A DNA stretch of 64,000 nt. It comes from Pocillopora damicornis (lineage: Eukaryota). Every line of letters begins with the position of its first letter. Within the stretch, counting starts at the first letter, position 1. Shown here piece by piece: positions 48,801-62,149 of this stretch. The stretch covers positions 62,001-126,000 of the forward strand of contig NW_020843941.1 in assembly GCF_003704095.1 (NCBI RefSeq). Direction: 5' to 3'. A model generated the notes under the pieces. The model was given only the letters and a program-made list of their open reading frames with translations. It made no database searches and was not told the origin of the DNA. The position numbers and the translations under genes are program-made.

Positions 48801-49149
48801 GCACCGCTGGGTAACATAAACTTTCGAGTTTTCAAACATAACAAGACGTCAAAAATTGCCCCCCTACGTTCGCAGCGGGAAGACAAAAACGGGAAAGTAA
48901 GATATATTGTCCCGTGTCAGCGCAGATAAAATGTATTTTCAACGTCCAAAGGCAATCTGTCACTCGCCTATTAATAACGCTGTAAAAATGGGTTTTCTAT
49001 GTAAACTGCAGAGAACCGGAAACAAGAGAAACACGACAGAACTAGTAAAACCACTAATGTTTTCCTCTTACCTGGATTCCTCCAAAGAAACAAAGAATTT
49101 GTAGAGTCATCAGCGTGGAAAGGGCCACTAGATGAATCATGGTCTCCAT
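24402..49149 (-). CDS. SMOC1: SPARC-related modular calcium-binding protein (SMOC/Pentagone-like): signal peptide-Kazal-TY-EC-TY-EC, about 520 aa
   Basis: Exons: 49072-49149 (METMIHLVALSTLMTLQILCFFGGIQ, signal-peptide-like, phase-0 donor CAG|GTAAGA; assignment inferred), 30259-30424 (Kazal: PVCGSDRRTYSSRCTLQLAKC), 29631-29909 (TY1: QCLNSSGYCWCVD), 28542-28577 (36-nt linker, tentative), 28266-28376, 27150-27377 (EF-hands: WKFTHLDTNAD..YCDRERDHKISLNEWYFCF), 26505-26726 (TY2: QCHYSIGYCWCVD), 26111-26146, 25285-25383, 24402-24709 (WKFNRLDRNRD..DCDLDKDRGLSMMEWTLCL..stop). The exons total 1563 nt and are in frame. The 24402-30424 core is high confidence; exon 1 is moderate. Confidence 0.85.
28985..29220 (+). 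mobile_element. tRNA-derived (SINE-like) element inserted in a MITE with a 9-bp target-site duplication
   Basis: Flanked by CAAGGAGAA at 28976-28984 and 29221-29229. A-box TGGCTCAGTGG at 29104-29114 and B-box-like GGTTCAATTC at 29148-29157. Related fragments lie at 3200-3236(-), about 22325-22465 and about 61515-61622. Confidence 0.75.
30773..30809. repeat. (TA)n microsatellite
   Basis: Directly visible, with one interruption. Confidence 0.95.
33579..34730 (-). CDS. PAR-subfamily bZIP transcription factor (HLF/TEF/DBP-like basic region), about 253 aa
   Basis: The ORF 33579-34334 ends in KDQRYWEKRQRNNASAKRSRDARRVRELETQIRAEYLEDENYRLKVENEVLREENARL, matching the PAR bZIP pattern KD.KYW.RR.KNN.AAKRSRDARR followed by a leucine zipper. 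The N-terminal half is Ser-rich and low complexity. The probable first coding exon 34700-34730 (MEQDEEAKKK, phase-1 donor G|GTAAAT) splices in frame to an acceptor at 34309. A single-exon start at the in-frame Met near 34283 is an alternative. Confidence 0.9.
34425..34615. promoter_or_regulatory. D-box / E-box cluster in the intron of the PAR-bZIP gene
   Basis: GTTACATAAC at 34520-34529 (reverse complement GTTATGTAAC = RTTAYGTAAY), ATTATGTCAT near 34429-34438, and CACGTG at 34606-34611. Confidence 0.5.
38885..38982. repeat. Tandem duplication with a 53-bp period
   Basis: TACTGTTATTTAATAATTTTTTTGACTACTGCTAGAGAATCGCTG at 38885 and 38938. Confidence 0.95.
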
Positions 49150-52100
49150 TGCTGAATGCTTTCAATTTGCTTATGGATCTGAGTTGTTGTGGAGTGCTGA
49201 ACTTGTGCGCAACCTTAACTCCGAGCCCTCTTCAAACCAACTGACACTGTGATGATCTCCCGGCAGACCAAATCTCGATTGCTTCAGATATTGTGTTACA
49301 CCCTAGCTGCGGAGACACAATTTCAGTAATCGTTTCTAAACAAAAATATCGCGACCCATTACGAGTAATCGAGACTGTTTGTTTAACAATGTCCGTTGAC
49401 GTGTTGCATTTGTTCGCGGGCAGCTATGCGCACAGAGTGGTTAAATCGGCTTTGCTGTTAAATCGTTCAGTCGCGACTAGCCGTCAGGAGAGCTGGTTGG
49501 TTCCGATTTGTACAACTTCTAAGAGCTTCTAAGCGCACGATATTGCACGAGGCAAGACTTTATGTTCGGGATCTTTTAACGCCGAGCGCATTCCGCTGGT
49601 CTTATCTCTAAAGACTTGTATAATTGTTTACAGCTAGCGGGAAGTACTGTACTGGTTGCGACAGAGATAAGCCTTAGAGCTTGCGCAGCGGAAGGTCTAA
49701 AGATGACCCATTTCTTTTTCTGTGATCAGACAAGTAATCGGAAAAGAGCAAATTCAGAGTTCTATTCTACTGATCGTCTGCGCGATTTGTCTTCGCTTAC
49801 ATGACAAAAAGTTAATTACAACCAATAAAAGGAAACCTTTTCCATAAGGGAGTTATGTTACGCCGATGTGAAGGGAATCATTTGTCAATCAAAATTGCTG
49901 ATATCAAGTGTCGTGTGCAATAAAGTTTGGAAGTGTCTTTAGTTTCTCAGTGCCCTGTGCGCGTTTTCTGCCCCCTTGATAATCGCCTTCTCTCGGTAAT
50001 CTATCATTTTCCTTTCCATAATCTGTAGAAATAAGACTGTAGAGTTTCGAGAAAGACAGTTGCTAACGCAGTTGGCGAGGTAGTGCCAGATCGACCAATC
50101 AAAAGAGGGCTTCTGATCTAAAAACGCTGTAATGCACGATAAAAAGTTCAATTGGGTCTGGGAAATGTTAAGGGTCTCCACAATAAAACTAAGGATCAGA
50201 CAAACTAAAATAGAAATTCCGAGCGGTTTTATATTTTATAACACTTAATCGTCTCTAATCGCTTGTTCTCTTTCAAATAATAACGCTCTTAGCACCAAAC
50301 AAAAGGGAAAATACCCGTCGCCATGTCTCCGGCTCGACAGCGTATTTGAGGACGTTTTCGAAAGGGGATTTTAAGCCCACACAACAAGGTTTCAGTCCGT
50401 CGATTTTTTAAGCCATGCTACTTTCATCTCTCCCCTCGCGAGTGGATTACGATACGGGGAAAAATATTCGAAAAAAACTAATAAACTCAGCCAATGATAT
50501 GCAAACGTGAAAGAGATATGAGAGCAAGAGGAAAAAAGGTTAATTTAAAAAACACCTCCTGTGATGAACAATGTAACTGTATAATAAAACTCAGACCAAA
50601 AATTCTGACGTTTCCGAAATATGGCAATAAGAATTTCCTATCAAAGTTTTAAGAGAGATTCTCCGATTTTATCTTCTGTATTAGACACGCATATATTAAA
50701 ATCCAAACTAACAAGGCTCAGGAAGACTCCACTCAAAATCGGACGATTTCATCTTCATTTTATGGGCGTTTGCAAAGTAAGTAATGATTTTCATTTTGAA
50801 GGGGTAACGACAAGGCACTCATTGTATGACAAGCACTTTCGTAACTGCTTCATTTTCCGTTAGAAACCACAGAGGAATTTACTGTCATTTGCTTATCTGC
50901 AAATCGTATATTGATGAAAAACTTCTCCGGAAACCTGGTAACTGCGTGCGAATATTTATTGTGATTACAACAGCAGCGCTTCTTTGAATGATCAATAAAC
51001 TTTTCAGACTCCAATTTGTCTTCGATTTGTCACAATACAGTCTTTTGGCCGGAAAGACTCTTCTTAAGCACTTTAGCGCCTCGCCTTTTTCATTAGCTAC
51101 ACGGGTGACCTATTAATGGAAACAATAGGAAAATCGTCTCACAAGTTAGGAACATCAGTTAAGCAATTTTTCTTAAGAACAACTAACCGCATTTTCTCAC
51201 GGCTTACCGTAACAGGTGACATTTTTATCTTCGGTTTTTATTCCTTCCCAGCCATTGTGTCTTCCGCGACGCGCAGAGTTTCGTTTTTGAAATACCTAAG
51301 TTGAAAATTTCTCCAACGCTGTTTCCCCTCACCGCCAAGAAATTTGTAAACAACAGGGAAGCAATGTTTCTCGCCCGTTAAAATGAAATCTGCTCGCAGG
51401 TTAGCGAAGGGAACGGTGGTGAATCGAAATTTGTCAGTATTTCGTCCGGCAGAACACAGAACTGAAGGAACTATCGTTCGATTGATGACACAAAGAGAAA
51501 ATACATTGGTCGAAAGCACCTTGTTGTTGTATTTCAGAGAGGAAATATCACTGTTTGGCACAGGTGACGTCACTGATATTCCATGACCTGGGCGTTACCA
51601 AACGTTTGGCAATGACTTGTTGTTCTCCAAGAGACTTAAAGTGTTAGTTCATTTTATGACCCTTATACCACCACAAGAACCACTTAATATTGTGCTGATC
51701 TTCATGAGACTGAAACGTCTAACTTACAGTAATTCGTTTTCTGTTTCCATGAGCTGCGGTCACGAATGAAAAATTTCGAAAACTTTTAAAGAAACTGACA
51801 AACGGATTTGTACTTACGTAGAGAACGCACTTTCTTTTAAACAATATTGTTCACCGATCAGTAGGAAACCTATGACGATGCAGAAACTGCGTCCGCGGTG
51901 ATCCACAATTGTTGTTATTCTAGCTAGTGGCTTAATCTGATGAAATTTACAGCGCAGCTTATATAAATACACCCGATTACGTCAATAAATCGAGAAAGGA
52001 ATTTTCAATCTCGATTGCTGGCTCCCATGCAGTTCTGATTTGAGAAAAACATCCTGTATTCGTCGGCGGCACAATTTTGTAAACTTACCATGGTATAATG

Positions 52101-55100
52101 TAAACAGCAAAGGATGTTTGCACCGTTTTGAGTGCAAAACCTTTCCCCCCCCTCCTCGTGACTCCTCCTCTCTTGGCTACGTGTACCTCGTTGACAAACT
52201 GAATTATGTTCAACAGTTACTTCTCGCGAGTTTTATGTGAAAACTGCAACAAGCTACGATTTGGTGCCACGAAGTTTGTTTTAATAATTATTCTGTCTTC
52301 ATGAAAAGGACTCAAAGCTCTAAAAGTCATGTGCTTTTTCCGAAAAACCAAGCCATGAGGCTCGGTTGTTGAAAATCCTCCGGGAAAACTGAAACGCTCT
52401 GTAACCAGATCACAGGCGCCGTAAAGATCCGTAAGATTTGATTTCGCGAACATACTTTCCTCACGGGCGCGCGACCGTCTTCCGGCTCAGCACAAAATTA
52501 ACTTGCAAACTCCAAACCCTCACACGGACAGACACACAAAAATCCGTTATGAATGCATCGAATTTTTGCCGAGATATTCTTAGAAGATCGTTATCAACCG
52601 TTACAGTCATAGCCCGCTAGACACTGAATTCCGCTCATGTGTGTGTTCTGAAAGAATGTAGACTTGGATGACTGTGTATTTTTTTTCCAGTGGCGTTTGA
52701 CGGATTTATTTGGCGGCGCAGGGCACGCATTACATGCTCTATAATTTTAATTTCGTTATCGTGATATGTTGTACTCATTTAAATAAGTTTTTAGGATTGT
52801 TGTTTTAAAGTGATTTGTTCCTTTGACGACAAGATCAAGAATCTCGATATGGGGGGGGGGTCTGGGGTCGGGGGGGGGATGGTAGATTAGTGGGGGAGAC
52901 AAGGACAAATTTCCCTCTCAAAGTTGCGTACGTGATGGAGTTGCAAAAATCAAGAAATTTGGTAGAGTTTTGAAACTGGATAGTCGTTTTACAATCTGTT
53001 TTTGTTGTTTCGTCTCAAAGCCATATTTGTCGCCAGGGTTTAGAAAGTCTAAGCCTGTCTGTTTTTTTTTCTTGTAAGTTATATGTCGGCTTATCGCTGT
53101 GATTTTAGCAAAATGGTTGTGAGACCTTGATTTGAAAGAGCATTTCATCACATTTTGTTGTCTGCGTAACACTATTATTATATCTCGCAAGATTGTGTTT
53201 ACACCAAACTTTTTTTTTGTACATTAATCTCACCCGTTTCTTTGTTTTTCAACCGTCTCTTTGGATATTTCACAACGTTGGTGATCTATATTTCGTCAAT
53301 GTAGATATTACATGTGCGCGCAGTACTCATTTTTTTTTCATCGCGTGCTAGCCAAGCGAAAAAAACGAATTGAAATATTCAGAAGGCAAAAAAATACTAA
53401 TCAAGTTTACCTTTCAGTTCGACGACTTATACTAATGACTTGTCGATGTGTTTAACTGCAGGGCAAAATCACAGAGCTGTCGATATGGCTTCGCTGTCTT
53501 GAATGACTGGTCAACTGAACGAGTCCCACTGGAGTGCAGTAATGAACTGTTGGGTCTTGATGGCGTCTCAGGGCGACTTCAATCGGCTCTGAAATAGGAT
53601 TTGAAAAGATCTTCAGTCAACACAGGTCAATTTATCAATGGACCACATCCTCTCGTAACTGAGAGAGGTGCGGGCATATCTAGAATTTCCAATTTCTCAT
53701 ATTGGAGGTTTCGGTTTCACTTAACAATAAGCGGAAACACAGGTTAAAAAACGATTAACCTATATATGGCTTTTCCTTTGTCCAAAAGACTCTTGATATC
53801 TTTTTAAGATTAGGCATTCACGACTCAAACAGTTGGAAAGTCATTTGACTTAGCATTTACCAGCGCATTAACCCGTGTTTCCAATCGTCTCGGCCTATTC
53901 TCTAAGGGAGTGTCAGCGCCTCCGAGTCTCGTAAGTGAACACTCGAGAGAAAGGATTGATTTATGAATAACCTTTTCTGTTCCTTTGGGTGAAACAATGC
54001 ACACATTTAATGGATTAAGTTCCTTGTAAAAACTGTTGCATTACTGATCAATTAGGTCGGATGTGTGAAGTAAAGAAGTGAGACTGCTTTTAGATATGAC
54101 GTGAATTGCTTGAGTGTTAAAGTAATTACAGTTGTATTCAAGTGTAAAAAGTGTAAAAAAACGAGATGACTGAAGTTAACGATTTCCTCCACATCCTCTC
54201 ATATTGGAAAGTAATTTAGAGTTCTCCAAAGTTGTTTGCATGTGGAATATTGGTTAACTATGCGGGTGAGGTTCGTAGATCAATAAAATCGTATTAGGTA
54301 AGATTAAAACAACAGATTTTCTCGGGTGCTAAGGCGTTAGAATTAAGAAGCATGTTTATATTACAATCTATGTTAATTTTAGTGTCAGATAAGTTTACAA
54401 CAGAATTTCTGTTAACCAGTCATCTGGCATTAGCATGGCTCCGAAATGACGAAGTTTCTGCTCTAAAGTGACTGTTTTAATCCGTTAACAACAAACATTT
54501 ATATCCGTCATTGACAACACTAAATGATGAGCAGTGAACACGCACCACGAAAAACTCCTCAATCGACACCCGCATGAAAAACTGGTTCCTACATTTCTAA
54601 CTAGGATATAAGCTGATTCAAAAGCGACGAAATGAGCTGTAGAATTCATTGTCTTCAAATTCATCCGATTATTTACTGAGCGTATAAGCTAGTTAAATAG
54701 GTAAACTGTTCTTAATTCCTTCTCTGAATGGCGTCCTGATCTAGTTAACAAGATCAATACGAGTTCCTTAGCTGGTGCCCCACGGCGAACAAGACTTTTT
54801 GGCGCTAAAAAGATGAAATCTGCAAGCTATTGAATGACAACGGAAAGTGGCTAGAGATGCAAGATTCTCTTTTAAAGCAGTTAAGAGCATAAAAATACTT
54901 CAAAGATAAAGATTGCATAAATCTACAATCGGAGATAATCCTCAAGATCCAAAGTCAGATTTCAAATATTCCATAGAATTTTTTTTCGCTAAGACCTAAT
55001 ATTTTGACGCGTGGCTAGAAACCGGCTTAGCTTAGAGAAGCTTGCATCCCAACCAATTTTCAAATCATTGTGTAAAAAAAAAGAAGACATACAAAACGAT

Positions 55101-58100
55101 GTTTATCGCATACCTGAAGAGAACGGAACAGCACTCTTGAATGTAAATAGTTTAATTGTAAGTGGTAAATAAAGCTAATTGAACTCTGATTTGCGGCGAG
55201 ATACAACCAATCGTTAGCACTCACAAATTACTGCCAATACGGTAAACAGCCGCCAATATTCAAAGTGGTTATGCTAACATTGCTGAGTCGCATTAATTAA
55301 TACATCACGTTTTTCAAAATGTCTTGAATTACAAATACATAACGCCGACCAACATCGTTGCGGTTGATGACTCATGCGGTGGCCGCAAAAAAATACGATG
55401 TAAAACTATTTTAAACAATGATTGATAACCGTCTAGAGCTCTTTTCCGAGAGGTGTGTGTTTCGTGTCTCCAAGGCCACGCCATTCGTGGTTTTTCGTTC
55501 TCTTTGTAATATCTGCGCGCGACGTATTGTCTAACCAACCCTTTGATAATGTACCTTAGGGTCATTAGAAATCATGTCGTGAAGTAAATATCGCCATCTT
55601 TATACTGCCGTGAGTTGGGACGTGTTACAGTCTAAAACCCTCACAATACCTGCATGTGCTTTTTACGTGGACCGTTTTTTTTTTCTTTCCTTTTTATTTT
55701 TTCCTGCGAGCGTGAGAACCACAGCAAGTACAGCTGTGAACAGAAACTCTTAACAGCGCAACTTTAACCCGGACAGAAAACATCGTAAACCTCAAGTAGG
55801 TTCAAAGGTGCACGGTAACCAAGAGTAAGATGAAAAGTTCTCAATAAAACTTAAGCAAACATACCACGTACTTGAGAAAACGTTGTTTCGCTAAGAGCCT
55901 TGTCGTTCTCTCTTGGTAAAGATAGCAGCTCTTTGATGTCGTGTAGATGCTAACAAGCTGTGAACTATGTAACAACCTCGAGCTCGTCGGGGAAGTAAGA
56001 CGTAAACAAATTGCGCGCACGCTTACGACTCGTGCGGTTTATAAGTTTAAAATTTCGTGCCTAGACGTAACGTGTATTGAAAGATACCCCGGTAGACATA
56101 GCATCTACATCCCATTACGGTATATTTAATTTTTGCTAAATTTGTTCTCTAATACACGAACGCACGGTATTTTCGTGGTATACATTTTGATAAACTGCCA
56201 CACGATGCAGAATTATAAGTAACTTATTCACTTGTGTGTAGCAGACGCAACTTTGCTCTTCAAGACAGTTGAATACAGAACCAAACTGCAAAAGATTCCA
56301 TGTTTTCTGTGGGATCATGTCGACTTTTCTTTGCGGTAGTATATCCCGCAGATATGCGGAATATAGTAATTAGTTTAATTAATTAAGAATGTCTTAAACT
56401 CAAGCACTATAGCCTTTCTCTAATCACGTATCGGGAAATGATTTTCAGCAAAAAAAAAAAAAAACCAACAAATCCCAATTCCGCGTTGACAACAGAGGTT
56501 GTTACACTGCCACCCGGTAGTTAATTTTGCAGAAATGATTCTTGAACTGTCAAACTTTCAATGAATGGAAAATTGATTTAAAACTCTTTATTTCATGCGA
56601 AACTGGATTTTAATTGCTAAGCCAGGAGCTCATTAACTAATCGCTCCTGCTAAACTCAGTTTGCTCAAGTTTACAGCAGTTCAAAAATGCATTCGGGTAG
56701 AAATAGTATTTTTCAAGGGTGGGCTAAAAATTTCAACATGATGACTGCATGATCCAAAACGAATATTTTGTAAATGAGCTCTGTCTGAGCTTTTTATAGA
56801 TCCCTTTCATGAGCCCGCACAAACCCAACATATGGCAATCAAGTGAGCTACATCACTGCGCTAAATGAAATTTCATACATTTGATTTTTCTGATATTTGA
56901 AATGAAAAGATTTGTTTGTTAAACATATCAGGCGCTTATCTTAACTTTCTTTTGCGTTTGGAAACCGGAAAAAGAACTATTGATTTAATCTCCAGAGGAA
57001 ATGTTTCGTAAACTAATCCCTCCAATATGAGAGGGCGAATATTTTTTTTTTCAATTTCAATCGACATTTCTCTCAATTTGTAGAATACCCTAGAACAATT
57101 TCGAAGAGGTCTGAACTTTTGAAATAACTACAACCTAAGGAAGTTATGTTCGAGTGTATTTATTTTATTTCCAAAGAGATATCATCAAATAATCACGAAT
57201 GAACCCTAGCTCTTCCGAAACCCAAGGGTTATGTTTAGGAGTTTTTTGTGGTTTGACAATAATAAGATAATTTGAACTTTCTAGAGGTAATTTCAAGCCC
57301 ACATGATCACGCAACGTTTCTTTGCATCCATAGATTGAATCCAAATGTTAGGAAAACATCGAGAGAATATGATTTTTGGATTTAGTCAATATATGTTTTG
57401 AAATATGCAACTGTTGCAGACGCGCATTCATATCTTGTTAAAATTGCCTCGGAAATGATTAGAATTTACTAGATCTTATGGTCTTAAGATCGTTGGAATA
57501 CTAAGAAAATTAGTTGCAGTGGTAAACCGAAAGCTTATTTTATTTAAAAGCATTAAGAATTTAAACAGGCGACATTCGGGTTCTAGATCAGAACAGGGCA
57601 CTGAATCAATCATGCGCGTTGTAAAAATCTTGAGTGGTTATCCTGTGGCAAACGGCGTAGGAGGCACCACTCGAAAACATTACAGACATTCGATGCGTCT
57701 CTGCTTAAAGACTAAGAAAATTGGCTTTGAAATACACGCAATTTTTGGATTTTGTCTGCAGCTGTTTCCTCAGATAGCATCTCTAAAGAGGGTTAAGAAT
57801 TTTGACTTGAGTGGTTATCAACTTCTGCCGGGATTTTTGCTGAACAAAAGTAGTTTTATTGTGCAAATGGTTTTAATTAGTAGAGTTGCAAAGTTTTTAC
57901 AGAATACGGCCGTATTTGAAAATATCTCCTGGTTTCTTTCTCAGATATTGCAGGTTTCAAAATTGAGCTGGCGGTGGTTACAATGAAAATTGATGAATCG
58001 CGCATTTTGCTTTCAACAATGAAGTCTCTTCCTTCGTAAGCCCCTTGAAACTAAGCCCGTCAAAGATAAGACCCTTTCCCTCGTAAGCCCCCGGTCTGCC

Positions 58101-61100
58101 GAAGGCTTATAAGAGGGTTTACCATCTGCTTGTATAGAGAAGATAAGCTCGAAAAGTTCTTCTTTAAATATGATGAGTCGATGACATGGTCTTAAGCTGA
58201 ATGATCGATGAAATAAAAACTGGTACGCAGCTAAATTTAACTCCGGCATTAATCTACGTCGATTCTGCTATAAATATCGAACTGCTTAATTCAAGGCAAG
58301 TGCGGTGATGACAAATGAATTACTGTAGAAGATAAATCCAGTCACGTAGTCAATTTTGAACTGACCAATCCCTTTTTCAAAAAAACCGACGGACCTGAAC
58401 GGAAAATTGAGGATGGTATAGTTTTTGAGAATTGACTGTCATCGTTGTACGCACTGTTGTTAGTCAGTTGTTCTCCGCAGAGAGCAACAGAACGGGTTTT
58501 AAGGAATATCAAGTTGCAGCTTTCAAGAATTGCGTTAACTCTTGTCTGATCGATCGTGCTTAGCCTTAAAGAAATAATCTTGGATAAGATGGAAAATAAA
58601 TAGCAAAGAGAGATGCTTAAAAAGAGAAAAAATGTTCCTTTTGTTACATCATTGGAACGGAAGATAGCACTGAAGAAACTGTTCCATTTACTTTGTCTAA
58701 TTTTGAAATCTCGACCAGAATGAAAACTGGAGCATTTAACCTTCATCCCCAAGACACACAAAGAGCAGAATGCGCTTTTTTGGCATCACTGAAATGGCTT
58801 ATAGAGCACGTGCGGGTGTATCGTGTATTTTGTCAAAGATATGGACAGTCGTTCTGTTGCTTTCACAGCCCTCGTGCATTCCTCTGTTGCATGTTTCGAC
58901 TTTACATTCCAATTCATTCTATTCCTGCCCCACATCGTACTCTTGTGTGCCTGTACTTTCCTACACATTCCAGGGGAGTGGGTACCCCTAGGGATTCTTC
59001 GAAGGAGCGTGCCCCCACGACTCTCCAACCCTTGATCTACTTTAGACTAAAACTCGCCAATTTTTTCTATACCCGGAACGTAGAAATGGAAGGATTCACC
59101 TTTAAATTCAACTCGAAAGATATATTTTGGCTACTTCTCTCCCTCTCTATCGCTATTTCCCTGCCCCTAAAAACCTTGCCAAGTCTCAGATCATAGTGAT
59201 CACATGTAACCCTCCTCAAGACCAAAGTGACTCAAAAACAATACCATTTTGGGGCGGCACATACCTTAATAGCTTTCAAAGTCGGTCAACCCCTCGGATA
59301 CTCCCCTCGTTCGTTCTCCTTCACTCCTAATACTATGCGACTTTCCCCGGTAAGTCAGTGCGTTTTCATTTTCTGTACGTGCTTGCGATTTGTGCATGTT
59401 TTCCAGTATGCCTCGCTTTATTTATTACGTTTTAGAATGAAACAAATAACTCTTCGAGCTTTCTGGATTTGCAGATTTTTTAATTTCTTTGCCCCCGCAC
59501 TTCGCGAGAGTGGGTGATAACCACTGCTTAGTCACGATATTAAGACTGAACCGCGTCCCTCTTGGCGTCAGACGCTGGTGATTAGACTCCCGTTTTGGCA
59601 TTCCTTTTTCCCACACGAAAAACTGCGGCCGGCCGTTAGCGGTGATTTTTTTTACTGTTTTCCCGAAAAGCAAATAACTCACCCACCAATTAGCCGACGC
59701 TTTGGTATAGGCAGCAACGAAATCACCTAAAAGGTCGGTCTCACGCTGCTATTAAATGCCAATATTTTGTATCAGCCCTGCGCATATTGCACATTTCAGA
59801 TGTGAGCTCGAAGTATTGTGACTGATGTACTGATATCGCAGCCGGTATGATTGCGCCTGCCACAATATGATCCGCAAGATAGTAAAAGAAAGACAGAAAT
59901 TATTTTTTTGTCCAATGGAAATATTTCATTGTTTTTTCAGTAAATGTTCAAAAGTAAAAAAATACCTATATTTTTTCACCGAACAGTCTGGTTATAAACC
60001 TATTCATTTTTGTTGACATACGACCCATATAAGGGCCATCGCTTTGAACACGAATCAGTAGAGATTCAAAATTTGAAACAGTTTTATAAATAAAACAATC
60101 TGTGGATCAATTTTAACACTATACAAGAAGTATTCCGTGGTGTAGGAAAGCGCTCGGGACGAAATTTTTAGTTTTTTAAATATCCTTTTTTATAAAATAA
60201 GGTTAATGTTGTACAGGCCCAAATCTCCTCAACAAGTTGATTTCGTTATGGTCACTCCATAGTATTCGGTGCTATTTTGATACTTTGACTGAGACAATAA
60301 CGAGAAAATGCTAATGAGGCAGGTGTCTAATGAAACTGCATGTATGTGCCTTTTCTCAGAAATTTTAAACAGAAACATTGCCCTAATCTCAAACATATTT
60401 CCCTGTGTAATCCAGTTTATCACGCGCGGGCGTTGGACCAGCGAGCCGCAAGTTAGATCCGGATTCTCGAGAAAGATTGTCATCAGTTACTGAGTGACGA
60501 AAGGACCGCTATTTTAATCAACGCTAAAACCACGCAGTTTCTCTGTGTGAGCTGGCAAAAAGAACTTCTCCAGGATCGTGTCTTTTTTGTTATGCTATGA
60601 CGCTGCGTGGTTTTTAGAACTGCTTTTGACTTTCCTTTCGCAAGCCTCAGCGTGCTTTGATGATGAAAAAGATAAGAGATGGTTTTCATAGGCCTAACCT
60701 CTCGGAAAGGATATAGTTTAATTTACGAGCCAGAGAACAATTTTAGGCGACTTTAGACCAGCTGAGAGTCAGGCTAAGGCAGGTTTAGAGTTTCTTTGAA
60801 TCAATTGAAACACTGCTCATGTTGCATGTAGTTTGATGATCAGTTGTGTTTACAAATAGAACATCTTATAATTTACCGTTCTGGAATTTTGATTTGGCTA
60901 TGGCTATCAGAAATCATTTCCAGGTGCTCAACATCTGTTTTGCAGTTACATATTCGATTTTTTTCACGGAGCAGTGAGAGATAAACGCCTTTCGAATAAT
61001 AAAGATGTTCCTTGGACATCCGACTAAGTTTTGTTACCTTGTACTTCTTAAAAGTTACACCAAATGCTAACGCATCAAGCCGATGCAATATCTTAGTAGG

Positions 61101-62149
61101 CCAAAGTATTTGCGCGTGGATATCCAGCCAAATTTGAAAGTAAACAATACTTAAACGTAAACTGTTTCATTAAGGAAAACTACTTACCTGATAAGAAAGC
61201 TGTCATGCTCACAATGGCGGCAGTATCCCCTTTAAAATTATGAACTGGAGTTAACCTTCTGATCTGCAAGATGTTTTGTAAGCGCTCCTTTCGCGGCTAT
61301 ATGTAATTTCGTTTTTCTTTGTAAATTAGTGAACACTTAAACTTCCAAGATTTGATTGTTATTCCTCCCATTAGCTGCTACAAATTTCCTTGTATATTAG
61401 TTACGAGAATCAGTGTTCGGTCAAGATAACATCTTCGACCTGACAAGTTGTGGAAAAAAATTATCAACATAAACATAACATGAGAAAACTTTTGATAGTT
61501 CCATTTTTTAATTTAATCCGAGCTCAAAATGTACCTATTCTTAAAATATTCAGGAATGAGACTTTTCTTGTTATTCGTTGTCCTACGCTTGCGACGAGAC
61601 GAATTAATAACATCTTTCTCTAACTATTAGTTATAATATTTCAATACCGCCAATTCGCCTGATCTTTTCCCTCTCCGTTTTACAATTAGCGGCGAATGAC
61701 TGAGAAAATGTATTGATACACCATTCCCACGCTATCTTAAAAGACCAGAGGAAACCGCAATACGCTTTAAAATAGACAGTCCTTCCCACAAAATTTATTC
61801 CATATTTCCCCTTATCTGTTGTGGTGTTCAGTTGTTTTGAAATCAGCGTCATGGAGATGTTGAAGACGATCCGACAATAACATGTTTTCCTGAAGACCAA
61901 TCCTTCACACATAGATTAGTGAAGTTAATTTTCAGTTCAATTGTTTTGAACTATCCCGCTTTGGCAGTCTGTGCGGTAACTTCACAGCGGTCGGTGATAT
62001 GATCAAAGAAGCAATTAGAGGAATTGAAACATAATTGTACCAAGTCGAGGTCACTAGCTCAAACACTGAACAGAAGTCCCGAGTGATCAGCTAGTCGGAT
62101 TTCCCTCGCCTGTACTGCTTTGATCAGTGTTGTCGACCGCGGCTCTGAC

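Noticed and set aside
52466-53935. BMP/Smad silencer-like GRCGNC-N5-GTCT sites upstream of SMOC (GGCGCG-N5-GTCT near 52466; AGCGCC-N5-GTCT near 53915)
   Set aside because: Both miss the consensus by one base and cannot be distinguished from chance without conservation data.
57519-59196. ORFs of 139-167 aa (57519-57986, 58342-58761, 58693-59196)
   Set aside because: No recognisable domain, non-ATG starts for the two plus-strand ORFs, overlap on both strands, and composition typical of random ORFs.
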